Assembly (NCBI GenBank): GCA_013265495.1
Contig: MU058337.1
Coordinates: 2,386,686-2,450,685, forward strand
DNA from: Vicugna vicugna
Lineage: Eukaryota
DNA length: 64,000 nt
Direction of reading: 5' to 3'
The notes under the pieces were generated by a model. It did not search any database, was not told where the DNA came from, and worked only from the letters and a program-made list of their open reading frames with translations. This document shows positions 1 through 12,883 of this stretch, one piece after another. Position 1 is the first letter of the stretch; each line of letters begins with the position of its first letter. Position numbers and translations under genes: made by a program.

Positions 1-2177
1 TCTGTTGGACTCTCATGCATTCGCTAGTAACCACTAAGCTAGTCGGCTTGCCGTTCACTGCAATGGCAAGTGGCCTTACTCTCTCTACCCCCTTTTCTTA
101 TCTTGAATGCACCTACTTAGTCTACTAACCAACAGATTGAATTATTTCCACTTACAAATTTTGCTTAAATACTGTAAGTTTGGTCAGAAATACTATTCAA
201 GGGATTCTGTAGATACTCCATATAGATTTGCTGAAATCTAAAGGTATTCATAAATCAGAATTTAAAACAAATATAGTTTCAATAATGATACATGAAAATG
301 AAAATATTATTTCATCTTAATCATATCTTGAACTAAAGAACTTAAGATTAAAAAAAAACTTGAATATCATAGAACAGAAAGAAATACTTAAAGAAAGTAA
401 ATTTCATATAGGGATGGGTAAGTCTCTTAATTTTCATAAAATCTCTTTAACTTTTAAACTTACAATATGGAGCCCTTCTCCCATTTAGTTTAGTATCTTT
501 TGTTCAATGATTATCCATATTTTAATATGAATAATGTGTTTTTTACCTTTACAGAAGCATTGTGAGTTAGGCAAGGGAGATATTTTGACATCTGTTTGAC
601 GTATGAATTACTTGTGGATTGCCAGATACTACATGTTTTACCCGAGCATAGATCCAGGTGGCCCAAATAGATACTTAAACGAAGAACAGATGAAATGACC
701 GTCTGATGTAAGGATTTGCTTCTTGGCAGACTGGTTTCTCACTGTGAGCAAACGTATTTGCATCATGGCATCAACATCGTTCTTCTGTGAGCTTCTTGGT
801 GTGTGTCCACTGAGAAGCTGGCATCGGGGTCGTCCACAATGCCTAGCGTTTTTAATCTGGAAAACTGAAAGCCATACCTTGAAAAAAAGCCACCACATTC
901 AGATGTTTCCCGGGAGGCCCACCCCCGTTGATGGTGTACAGATGTAGTGCCCCCCGGCCTCTTCTTAATATTAGAAAGGGCACCATTTCTCCCATTGATT
1001 GTAACTTAAAATGTCGCTGTCAATTTAAGGGGAGTTCACATTGTATATGGGTTTAAATGCACATGTTTCCGATGGTGTGATAAAAATTAATAGATATTTC
1101 AGTCTCTTTCCAATGTATAAAATAATGCAATTCTCTCAAATAAAAGTATGTTGAGATCTGTATAATTTTATAGCTTGTGGACCAAGTGAACTACAAAATT
1201 GGTGTACTCTATTGAAGCTGTATGACATCAGTTTAGCAGATAATTGTTTATATTGGCCATCCTTTGTCAGAATTAGTCTTGGCTTCTGAATTTAGAATAA
1301 ATTCCAAGTCCTGAGAAATGCAGACTTTATGTAAAATGTGAAAGTTCTATATACTATCCTAATATTAATTTTAGAAAGATATTATGCAGACCTGAAAATG
1401 TGATTTAATATCACTCTAAGCTCTGTTGCTTCTTTAAGCAAAATTATGTAAACCATTAAAATGTATATTTACTGGGTTTTATTTCATTAGCAATAGAAAG
1501 TAATGCCATGAGTAAAAAAAAGTCTATTTTATTATGCATTATTCTTAAAATATTATTTTAATAGTAATTTTATTAAACATAGGTCAGTTAATGATCCAAT
1601 AAATCTATTCAATTTATATGTCATATATATGTCTTATGCCCATGACAGTCTGTAATACCCTCCCTGGTTTTTGCTTGGCTTTACTACACTGAATGCCTCT
1701 TTCATTCTGTAAAACATTGTGAAAATATAAATAGTCTCAGATATTAAGCACCTCATAAATATTTTTTGAATGAATAATTATGACCAAACTACTTTTGTAA
1801 AACTGATGGAGTTTTGGTATAGAGATTTGATTCCATTCCCTTTAATTTTTCAAAATATTACATGATACAAAAATCATATGCACAATTTACTCATAGCCAT
1901 TTTTAGAAACTATAATTTTTGATTCAAAAGAAATCTGCAATCTTGCAAAAATGAGACTCAGTTTCAACAGCGTGTTTCTAAAGAAATTGTGGCTTCTTTT
2001 CTTGCCTTTCTTCTTAGACAAGAGACTCGTGATAAGGAAGGAAAAAAAGCAGAAAAATCCACGGGGCCTGTGAACATAGGAGATACTCTTAGAGTTGAAG
2101 GCATATTATCTGGAAGTGAGAACAAAACAGGTTCTTCTGGCTCACCATTTAAACTTACCAGAGACATGTCAATGCAA

Positions 2178-2255
2178 GTCACTAGCCATGTGTTCTTGGA
2201 CAAGTCACAGGGTTCCTCTGGGTTTTACTTCCTTCATCTGGACCACATGAGATCA
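2178..2255 (+). mobile_element. MIR SINE core fragment
   Basis: cactagccatgtgttcttggacaagtcac...ttccttcatctg resembles the MIR core (tagctgtgtgaccttgggcaagt...ttcctcatctg). Confidence 0.6.
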
Positions 2256-3036
2256 AAGTCTCCTTTGCTAGCTTAGAATATGACTTCATCTTTCCAGATT
2301 AAAAAGTAAGCAGATCTGGGTGGTTTTGTTTCTGTGTTTTTCCTTGAGACAAAATGCGAAAAGGTCTGATATCAGTTCCTAAGGCAGTGCTGGATTTTTG
2401 TGTATGCATCTAGCGTAAAGTGAAAAGTAAGACAATACTTCAGGAGGACACATCTGTTTCTTTACTATGACACTTGTACTTTTTAAGAACTGTTTTATAA
2501 GAGAGATCACTTTTACAAGGTCTGGGTCTGAATTTAGAATTTGGTTCTTTAAGTTTTTACAAGTTCTATGAATACCCTACAGTTTATTTGAACATCGCTA
2601 TTGGTGTGTTTGGTTGTAGAGGCTGAGAGGCAGAATTACCACAGCTAATGGCTGGACCAAATGGAGATCTTTGCCTAAAAGTGGATGATGTTCAGGTCAC
2701 CCTATAAGTGGTTCACGGCCAGATACTTTATAATGTTTTTTTGTCTAAGATTCAGTGTCTTAACAAATACTATGCCTCATTTTTTAATGATAGAGAATGC
2801 AAGCTTAAGCAACCTGTCATTTCTTTTGTACAGGCGATCCCAATAAGACCTCAACCATAGGAACTAAAATGTACCCTCATGACAGACTGAGAGAAAAGGA
2901 CAGAATCTAATAGAGAAAAAAGAAGAGGTGAAATGTGTTTAGCAGGCAAAAATTGCTACCACCAAGAGCTTTTCTGGGACCATTCATCCCATGATGACGG
3001 AATGATAATGATTAGACATTAAAATTAAAACTCTCC

Positions 3037-4242
3037 CTAGGGAAACTGGATATCCACCTACAAAAGAATAAAAATAGACCCCTACCTCACTCCACGCTGT
3101 ACACAAAAGTTAACTCAAAATATATCGAAGACCTAAATGTGAGAACTAAAAACATAAAACTCTTAGAAGAAGACATAGAGGAAAATCTGTCTTTGGGTTA
3201 GGCAATAGTTTCTTAGATATGACACCAAAAGCACAAGCAAAAGTAAACATTTCCATCAAAATTAAAAACTCTTGTGCATCAAAGGACACTATAATAAAGT
3301 GAAAAACAACAAACAGAATGGGAAAAAAAATTTGCAAATTTACATTTGATAAACATCCAGTATCCAGAATATAGAAAGAGCTCTTACATCTCAGCAATGA
3401 AAAAAAATACAACCCAGTTAAAAGCTAGGCAATATATTTGAATAGACTATTCGCCAGTGACCACAAGCATGTGCAAAGATGCACAATGTTATTGGTCATC
3501 AGGGAATGCAAATTAAAATCACAATGAGCAGGTACTTCCCATCCACCATCTTGGCTATAATAAAGAAACAATCACAAGGCTGGGTGAAGATATGGAGAAA
3601 CTGGAACATACATTGCTAGTGGGGATGTAATGTGGTGAAGCAACTGTGGAAAACAACTTGTTAGTTCCTCCAAAGGTTAAACATAGTATTACCTTGTGAC
3701 TCAGCAATTCCACTCCTACATCAATGCCTGTGAGAAGTGAAAACACAGGTTCAAAAAAAAAAAAACAGATATATGAATATTCTTAACAGCATATGCATCA
3801 CACTGAGTAGAAAGATAAAATCTCCACTAGTTGATGAATGGCTAAACAAATATGGTATGCCCATACAATGGAATATCATTCAGCATAGAAATAAAGTACT
3901 GCTGCATGTTACAATGTGAATGAACCTTAAAAATATGCTAAGTGAAAGAAATCAGGCACAAAAGCCCACCTATGGTACGACTGCACTTACATAAAGTGTC
4001 TGCAGTGAGCAAATCCACAGACACAGGAAGTAGATTAGCGGTTGCAGTTGCCACAGGCAGACGGAAGTGGCCCCACTGCTCACAGATACAGGATTTCCTT
4101 TTGGGTGATGAAAGTGTTCTGGATTTAGACAGTAGTGATGGTTGGACAGCACAATGACTGTACTAAAAGAACACTCAAAAGTACACTTAAAAATGGTGAA
4201 TTTTATGTTGTATGAAATATGTCTCAATAAAAAGTGTTAAAA
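3037..4242 (+). mobile_element. L1 LINE (L1MB-like), ORF2 C-terminal part plus 3'UTR, 5'-truncated and degenerate
   Basis: Typical ORF2 end motifs (gacccctacctcac, gacctaaatgtgaga, ttcttagatatgacaccaaaagcacaagca, cagcaattccactcct) and an L1MB-type 3'UTR (gggtgatgaaagtgttctgga...tagtgatggttg...tacacttaaaaatggtgaattttatg) ending in aataaaaa. Confidence 0.9.
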
Positions 4243-4375
4243 AGACTCAGTGAATGTACTGAAAAGCCAGCTAAGTATAGGTATATACAAGTGTGTAATT
4301 AGTTATTAACCATCTGTTCTTGTTAAAAGATTACTAACAGTTGTCTAATTAGATAAACTGAGCTTCTATTAAGTA

Positions 4376-4456
4376 CTTCATTTATTAAAAGTTTATTGAG
4401 TACCCACTATATGCTGGGCACTGTTCTGCATACAAGAAAACAGATAAGATTCTTCC
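4376..4456 (-). mobile_element. L2 3' end fragment
   Basis: tttattgagtacccactatatgctgggcactgttctg is the reverse complement of the L2 3' terminus. Confidence 0.7.
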
Positions 4457-4462
4457 AGAAAA

Positions 4463-5575
4463 CATTTATTCTCAAAGCATTTATATTTCAGGATCTTTTA
4501 TACTTTTAAACATTATTGAGGATCCTAAAGAGTTTTGCTTATATAAAACATATCTACTGATATTTATTATATTAGAAATAAAGCTGAAAAATGTTTTAAA
4601 GCTATTAGCTAATCTAAATATAACAATAAGAAACCATTATATTTTAATATAAATCAGATGTTTATTAAAATATTTTTCTAAAACAAATTAAAGAGTGGCA
4701 TTATTTTACATTTTTGCAAATATTTTAATACCTGGCTTAAGAGAAGGCTGCTGAATTTTTACAATTGTTTCTGCATTTAATCTGTTGTAATTTGTTGTTT
4801 TGATTGAAGCATATGAAGAAAATCTTGCCTCCAGAGAGATGTGAAAAGGCAGAGTATTTAAATTACCTTTTCAAGGATTCTGTTTTGATACTGCATCAAA
4901 ACTCAATGAGTGCTCATTTTTTTTTTAATTTGCGAAGGGGAATCTGAAGCTATATCAACTTTTTATAATGTTACATTAAATTTGATCAGACTTTCTTAAC
5001 ATTTTAAATAGACCTTTCACTGATAAATGATTTTGCAGCATCATGCATTGGTCATTTGGGAAGATGTTTGCTGAACTTTACAAATTTCCAAATGTTGACT
5101 CATTTCATTGTACAAATCACATGAAGATCACGGCTGATCTCAAATGGGGCTTCAGGTTTTGGGAGCCTGCCGAGCTGGCGGTGGCAAACATGTTGTCCAA
5201 AAGTCCTGCTTTTCACTCCAAGGCTCAGATTTCCTCACGGGCAACCAGTAGTGTCAGATGTGTTCTTTACAGTAAGACTCCACTTTTTGTTAGCTTTTGA
5301 GAAAATGTCTATGAAACACCCTCTTCCAAATAACCACAGTCTGTCATTTGTTCTTTCAAGCAAAATGCATCCAATAGCTCCTGCATTCGATCTGCTATCC
5401 TGTGCAATTGTGCCCAATGTTGACTTTTGCTCCAGTCATGCAAATGTCAACACAGTGAAAAAAGCAAGTGCGTATCTTCATATTATTATGATGGAAATAG
5501 ATTTGACCTTGCAGACCCCCTAAAAGAATCTTAGCCATGCCCATGGATCCATGCTCCATGTTTTCACAACTGCAG
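4463..5575 (-). mobile_element. hAT-Charlie DNA transposon (Charlie1a/1b-like internal-deletion derivative)
   Basis: Both ends resemble Charlie1: left ttctcaaa...cagga...attattgaggatcctaaagagttttg; right end in reverse complement gggggtctgcaaggtcaaatctattt...cataataat...ttttcactgtgttgacatttgca. Internal transposase remnants (aaatgaccaatgcatgatg, aacagattaaatgcagaa on the minus strand). Confidence 0.85.
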
Positions 5576-8500
5576 CTCTGCCTTCTCCTGATGCTTAATC
5601 TGAGTTGCCTTATCAGTTGTCCTTTAAAATTTCTCTCTACGTGGCAGTCTTTCTCATTGTCTCTTGGGTTTTTCACATCATAGTTTCCATTAGGGCCTCA
5701 ATAGATACATTCATCCTTAGATACATATTTTCTCTCTGGAGTCTTCTCTCCCATTCTCTAGTACACTGTACACATCACGGCGGTCTTCCCCACATGTGCA
5801 CTTCCAGATTCTTGGTGGCTCCGCCAGCCTTCCCTCCTGGGGGTCCAGGAGACCTTGTGAGCTGGGGAGTCTCGGCAGGGCTGCTGGAGCAAACTAGCTT
5901 TGAGCTCGTATCTGCGTGCATTTTCTTGATGAAATACTTTAGTCCTGCAAAGCCATTTCCTCCAAAAGCTATTCCCTGCCATGTTGAGGAGGTTTGGTGG
6001 CCTCTTAGGTTGTCTTCTTCAGTATCTGAATGGTGGGAGGGACCATTTATTGGCTCATAAGCACACACTGCTTCTTAAGTAGGAAGGAGCTGGCTTCCTG
6101 ACAAAGCGCCGATAGCAGAGCCCTTCGCATCCTCCGCCCGGTTTATGATGCTCGTCAGGGTCTCGCCTGCACAGCCCTTAGTGCTTGCCAACGTTAGGGC
6201 CCAACCTCAGCAGTGACCTGTCTTGGGAAGCAAAATTTTTAATAGAAATCATGCTTGAACATAAAAGAGCACGATTTCCTTGCAGATTATAAACTACTGC
6301 TGCCAGCTGTGGTTGTCAGCTCGTCTGCTCCGCTTTGGTGGCAGTTATTATAAAAAACGGAGAGGTAAACGTATCTTATCTGTTACCTCAGTTCGGATGG
6401 ATTGAAATGGAACCTTAACTATAGTCTGTCTCTCATCATTAAGGTTGTCATCTTAACCTGCCTCGCAGGTAAAGGGACTCGCTGACAGTGGGTGCAAGGA
6501 TTTGTGAGGGCTTTTGTTTTTGTTTTCTCCCAACTACTTGTGATTTTGGGGGGGGCAAAGGCTTCATAACATCTTTAAGCTAATGGTCATCTAAAATCTG
6601 GTAAGAAACACTTAATTGAAAAGTATTGATTTTTAACTTCCAAATAGATAGATAGACAGGCTGACAGATAGAAATTATATAACAATTTACTGTATTCCAC
6701 GGTAACTTTGGTGCGATGTAGCACTTGTGATTAACCTATCTCACTATTTTCCTCTTTTCCCCTTTTTTCTCTCAAAATTACATGGAAGCTAAAATGGAAG
6801 CATAGTATTTCCTCAATAGATGCTTATTGATTAATGAATTATTTTGAAGCAGAAAAATGAAAGTAATGGGTTAACGTACATTTTGTGGGTCAAAATGAAC
6901 CCCAAGAGTTATCTTTAGAGCTCTTCTGTGTTATTCTGTTTAGCAAACTTACTATTGGTGATGATTAAAAAAATAAAATTATGATTAGAAGAATTTTAAG
7001 AGCCAAGGATAAAAATAAATCAAATATAAATACACCCACTTTAGCATTTTACACTTAAGCTTTCATGCTGTAAGGGATCCTAAAGTATCACAGATATTGC
7101 GGGGGAAATAAGCTATTGTTGCCCTACAATGTATTTTTCTGTTGAGTTCACACTGCTAACCCCTTAGGCTATTGACAGCCTATTATTTTTTATGTGCCCG
7201 CTTTCCCCAGGAAACTGGAAGAACAACTAATTATATCTTTTGCAGATGAGTGCAGCAGAATGGCTTTTGTTCAACGCAATTTGAAGTCTGTTCAATAGGA
7301 CTGTGGGATGACTTAAGAATTTACTACAGAATGTGTGTGTGTGCACGTGCGTGAGTGTGTGCCTCTTTCCTGGCAGAGCGATACGAGTGTACACTGGGCT
7401 TTGTGAGAACTTTAACCTATGTCCTTGGATCCTTTTTGGAGGGTGTGCGCCCCCATGTCTGTCATTGAACTTGTATATTTTGGGTATGACAGACATGCTA
7501 ATTACTGCTTTTAAAGTTTGTGCAAATGTTCCTGGGAAAGGGCAGAGGAGCAAACAGTTCAAGTGAAGTCGTGAAAATAAGCCTATTAACAAAAGCGTAA
7601 TGATTTCTGGAATAATATTTTCATTTCTTCCTTCTATCACAATACTTTCTCATACATCATTGTACAAGCAAGTCCAGACATACCATCACTTTGTAGAACT
7701 GGGCTTCAAACTTAGCCGCCTTATTGTAGCAAGAGAAGTCTTGAGTTCCAAAACCTTGCTTGGCTTTCAGAGGAAGAGCGAGCTAATGGGCACATATTAA
7801 CTATTAGCAGCATGTCTTTTTAGTAAGAAAACTGTGCAACAAGGTGGTGGTGATTGTGGGGAGGGAGGTGTCAGAGTTGGAGTGTAAAAATGGACCATAT
7901 ACATATTAGAGGCAATTTATCTCCATGTGAAATTCTGTTGCTCACACATCCTAAATCCTTCTTCCCTTCTCTCTGCCTTCTTTTCCTTGTAGCCCCAAAT
8001 CACTGAATTGTGTTTGTGCAGGGAAAGAGTCACACTTTGTGCAAACATGCATCTTTCTTCTGTGTCTTTATAATACGTGAGCTCTTCTAAAACCAGCGCC
8101 ATCATCCACAAAACGTTTTGGATGACTCTCAAGCCACCAGATCAACTTGACTGATGGGGAGACACTAGTTCTTTGAGTCATAGCCAAGAATGGGGACTTC
8201 TGAAGACAACGATGAGGCAGATGCATATGCAATCTTGGTCCTTTGACATTACTCAAGGCATGCAATGATTTCAATTCCTTGTAATACAACTGTGCTAAAG
8301 AAAAAGCTGATGTATAGCTAATATTTGTTCTCTTTGTCTTAAGAGGATTTTATTGTTCTTGACACGGTTACATATGTAACTAACCCCCCATGGCCAAGGA
8401 GTGCCTCAATGTTTTAACAACAACGATGTTTAAAATATTTTAGGGTTTTCCAGCTCATGAGAATATTAGTAATTTAGATCTCTTGATTCTATTATTATCC

Positions 8501-9769
8501 TTAGACTAAATTTTAGATCTGTTTCAATAATGAGCCATAATTCTACATTTAATTAGGAATCCCCTTCTCACAGTGAGATAAGAGGGCTATTTGGGTACTG
8601 ATGTCACTGTTACTGGTCACATTGTATTTCAGGGGTTATATTGATTCAGGAACAGCACATGCTAAATTACCCTTTTTTCTACCTCAAACCCCTTGAGGTC
8701 AGGGGCAAGACATTTTTTTAAACGTATCTACAATATAGCCTCAATTTATTTTCTACCTACATTGCAGTGGTCAATCCAAAAATATTTTTTGAATGAACAC
8801 ATGATGTCTGATGCTAAGGCAGTTCTGGCTTCAGGGATGAATGATTATATGTTTAATGAGAAAATGCACTCCAGCATTCTTAAATTCTCAAGCCATGACA
8901 CTAGGTGAAATGACATAAGATCTTCTAGAATGAAATATGAGACGTTTATCTTTTAAACGTTCAGTATCCAATGTCTATTTCATTATGTTTTTATCACATA
9001 CATTGATAATTAATTTTAGAAAGAATATTAAGATAGTGATCATATTTTAAAATAAATATAACACATACTATTTAAACACTTAGAACAAACATTTATATAG
9101 GTGAATGGGGTTTTACAAAATATTAATGGTGAAGATATTATTTTTAAAAATGCTAGTAAAAACTAACATTAGTTGAATCTTGCCTTGTGCCAATAATTAT
9201 ATAATTATGTAAGGAAGGTAGCACTAACGAATAACCCTGTGACTGATGCCTCCAGAGAGACAGAAACTAATTCTTCAGACAACTAATAAGTGGAAAATTA
9301 GGGATTTTTAGCACACACAATCTTAATTCAGGATGACCTGACTTCTTTTTAAATAGGAGCAATGCTTGCACATGACATGAATTCAAACGGAGAATTACTA
9401 AAATCATAGAAGAAGAGGCCCTTTCTCCATACTTTCTGTTCCTTCTTTCCCTTCAATCAATATTTCCAGGTTTTTATTGTTCTTTAAAAGATGTCACAAC
9501 ATATTATATATCTACTATATATGCACTTATGTATGTTTTACACACATTTCATATATATATATAATTGTCTTAGTAATGTGACTGTGTGTATATTTCTACT
9601 GCTTATTACTAATAGGTGAAAAAATATATATATTCTGAATATATAGATGGATACAAATTATCTTGCTCTTCCCTCATTAATTTTTTTGCTTTGTTTCTAT
9701 TACGATTTTCACATTTTTGCTATTTCAAAACTACTGGAATAAACAGGAGATGATTTCATTTACGTTTAA

Positions 9770-9945
9770 GAATTATGATGACACAATGTCTAGAATTACC
9801 TCTAAAATACTGGCTACAAAACAAAAAGAGGTAAGGTGAGGAGGGTTTGCAGAAGCCTGCTGACTGACTTATCAAGGTAGTGAAGCATGTGCAAGTTTGT
9901 TATTAAAGCTTTCTCAATGTTTGTGTGTATGTAATAGTTTGATGG
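9770..9945 (+). mobile_element. Old L1 (L1MC/L1ME) 3'UTR fragment
   Basis: atgtctagaattacctctaaaata...gtttgttattaaagctttctcaatgtttgtgtgtatgt resembles L1MC/ME 3' ends. Confidence 0.4.
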
Positions 9946-10329
9946 TAATTTAATAGATTTCCTTTATGAGACAACTGATTTTTAAGGAAGTATCAAAGCT
10001 CTCCAGAAATTCCCTTTTGTTTTTTCCCCATAGAAATACAGGAAATCCAAATGTGGATATTTTAACTCATTTCTGGAGAAAGGTGTAAATGATGTGAATG
10101 TGAGTGTTAGGGACCTTAATTTTTGTGAAGAATGGAGTTTGAGAAAGGATTTATAAAGAGGGTTGATAGCAGTGGACTGACAGTGGACTGACTTTTGGAG
10201 TGAGGTCATGTCATTCAAGGAAGAAGGGGTATCAGACTGGGGCTATTTTGAAACAACGGGAACATGGAGGAAAGTGATGAGAATTTAACATCAGTGCAAA
10301 CGTCTCAAAGGGAAGGAGTATATGATCTC

Positions 10330-10685
10330 TCCGGAAAGTCTCCCTCCATGTTCCGCACCTAGAAGCACAGTTACAGCTGCAGCCGCGCCGCGTGCCCGCC
10401 CGCGCCCACACCTACGCCCACGCCCACAGGTGCCCACGCCCACAGCCACGCCCACACCCACGCCCACGCCCGGCGCCTGGCCTCCCGGGCGCAGCGGGCG
10501 GCGCGCTGCTGGACGGCGGCTGCCGGCCCGGAAGCTGAGCGCGCACCTCTGCTCCGTCCTCCCGGCTGGGGGAGCCGCGCGCTCGCAGATTTTTGAGAAC
10601 TGCGCCCCGCGGGGATGGCTGTCTTTCTAAGTCCATGGACTGGGGTAACAACGGCACCGTCATGACTTCAAAAACCATATGGTCG
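10330..10685. promoter_or_regulatory. CpG island, probable promoter of an unidentified transcript
   Basis: Abrupt GC- and CpG-dense block (gccgcgccgcgtgcccgcccgcgcc...gggcggcgcgctg...gccgcgcgctcgc) in an AT-rich background; GC/CACCC boxes; ETS core CCGGAAG at 10528-10534. Confidence 0.8.
10404..10471. repeat. Degenerate (GCCCAC)n hexamer array in the CpG island
   Basis: gcccacacctacgcccacgcccacaggtgcccacgcccacagccacgcccacacccacgcccacgccc. Confidence 0.9.
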
Positions 10686-10848
10686 TCTTGCCTCTGTAGC
10701 TTAATGGATTCTGAGCTCTGGAGCTGGTCGCTAAAAAGCCGAGAGCAACTTGTGGAAGGCAGCAGAGAGTATTTGCCGTTGTGATTGCAATTACCCAAAC
10801 ATTTCAGTCTTGAAGTGTGATCGAAAATGACTTGCCATTCCCTACTGA

Positions 10849-11005
10849 CATATCTATATAGATACGCATATATGATGTTAAGATTATATATTACGTATAA
10901 TATATACAAAACAATGTATATATTATAAAATATTTATTTTGTATATAAACATGCATGTACATTGTCCACACGCAAAATATGTGTAAATATAAATATATAT
11001 ATTTT
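10849..11005. repeat. TA-rich low-complexity tract
   Basis: Alternating TA/AT-rich sequence directly downstream of the CpG island. Confidence 0.7.
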
Positions 11006-12863
11006 GTAACATGTAGTGTCCCCTCCTAAAAATGTTTAGATAATGGATTCTGGATTAAATATGATACTGTAAAGGAAAATACCACGATGCCACTCACCCT
11101 TAGCAAAATCCCCGCTGGTTTCAATTTAATCTGAATTTTCTTCCTTCTCCAATGAGAGGCTGGCACCCTTACCTTTACAGCTTCCCTTCCCGCAGCCTTC
11201 AGGACTGCAGGCTGCTCATCGGGACCTATACCTGCCCTGTCTAATCTAAGTCAAGTCTTGAGCAGGCGGCCCCTGTTAGTGCCTACTCAAGGAGCTCAGA
11301 CGGTTAGCTTTAATCACTGACCTGTGAAGGACGATGGGCTTTATTAAGGTAATAACAGAATGTATTAATTACACATCATGGGCTGAGTTGCTTGTACTTT
11401 AATTATTTTTCCCTCTAGGAAAAAAAAAAGAAAAAGAAAACACTAACAGTGTACAAAATCCCACGGATTAGACCCCAGAAACTTAGGCCAGTGGTAAGCG
11501 GCTTGCAGTTCAGTGGCTAAAGTGGGTTTCAAGTGCCTAAGGATTATCTCTGTTCATTTGACTGTTTTCTGGCTAGAAAGTTAACAGCTGAGTGCATTCT
11601 GAGTAAAATACTAGAGGAAATGGCTGATAAAAATATCAATGTCATATATCTGCTTAACGGAGATGCGTATCTGTTCTTTCTCAAAGCACTGTTAAGCTGT
11701 CATCCCTGTGCTTATCATAGAAACAATTATCTCACAGTAGTTTTATCTCCAGACATTTTCCTGACCAGCCAGAAAGAATCTGTGGAAGTAGTCACTCCCC
11801 TAGTTTGTTTAAAGAGGGGCTGTGTTGGTTCTCATATAAGGAATCCACTTACACACGACGTTAAGATCTACAAACACAGTCACTGAATGTACTTGCTGTA
11901 GAAAGCTGGACTCAGAAGCAAGCTGGAGTTTTAAATCGCTGAAGCCAAATAAACAAAAAGGCAAGGAAGTGATGCTCAACTTTCCATTGAATATTGACTC
12001 GCTCTTGAGTTTATAAAACTGTCAACTGATAAAACTTCTAGTAAAGATAGATTTTTTACATCTTCTTATTACTCAGGGTTCCCTTAGGAAACGTCCTAAC
12101 CCCGTGGTGGGAAGGGGCACGTTTGGTTGGAGATCAGGAAAGAACGTGTGAAGTGAGGAGAATGCTGAAAAAGTCTGGCCTGAATCAGGGGCCAAAGAGC
12201 AATTGTGAGATAAGGGAACACGTGTGGTATAAACAGGAAAAAAATGGAGTTATGATACGAAGTCAGAAGTGTAGTTTGTGGATTGTCTCCTGTAAGTGAC
12301 ACAGTTGCATATTGAGCTTCCCAGAGTTGGTGAAAGATGCCAATCTTTTCTTTCTTGCACATCATCTGGCTACAAAATTTTAAAGTCTTTTTATGGAAAT
12401 AAAATGAATATTTAAAGTCACAGAGAGGCCTAGGAATTTTTAAGATCCCGCTGACTTCTTTCCTGTTACATTCTGGCTTATATCCTTATTCAATTCATTT
12501 TCCTTTTAGTCAACAGAAAAGACTGGAAGAAAGATAATTACAAATAAATAAATGCATTTGCACTTTTATAAAGAATCTGTATAGAAGATCCTGGATATTT
12601 ATAAAATGTATATGGACTTTGTAAATCGCCAAATTTGTGAATAACATTATTGCATTTAATTTACTTCATAAAATGCAATAAAATGTAATTAAAGTTTCAA
12701 AGGGATCTTTTTAGACACTGGATGATTTCATAAATACAAGGTCTGATGCTACTTTATTAAATCTAAATGTCTGTTCTCTACCCGCAAAGCAATACTTTTG
12801 TAGAACATTTTACCTTTCCTTAACTTCCATCACCAAAACTAGCAATTTAGAATATTTTCACAA

Positions 12864-12883
12864 ACACACACACACACACACAC
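12864..12883. repeat. (CA)n microsatellite
   Basis: acacacacacacacacacac. Confidence 0.95.

Noticed and set aside
945..960. CTCF-like TAGTGCCCCCCGG
   Set aside because: Only part of the core matches; the key CT and TGG positions are absent.
1964..2276. Opposing 79-aa and 95-aa ORFs and a GTAAGT donor near 2158 on minus
   Set aside because: They partly overlap a MIR, use non-ATG starts and show no recognisable homology.
3146..4227. Cluster of short ORFs
   Set aside because: All lie within the degenerate L1MB element, as sense remnants or antisense frames.
10322..10909. ORFs 10412-10909 (-, 165 aa), 10322-10630 (+) and 10593-10784 (+)
   Set aside because: They stay open because of the GC-rich island and hexamer repeat (PTPTPT / GRGCGRG). 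The longest begins in a TA low-complexity tract. No recognisable domain.
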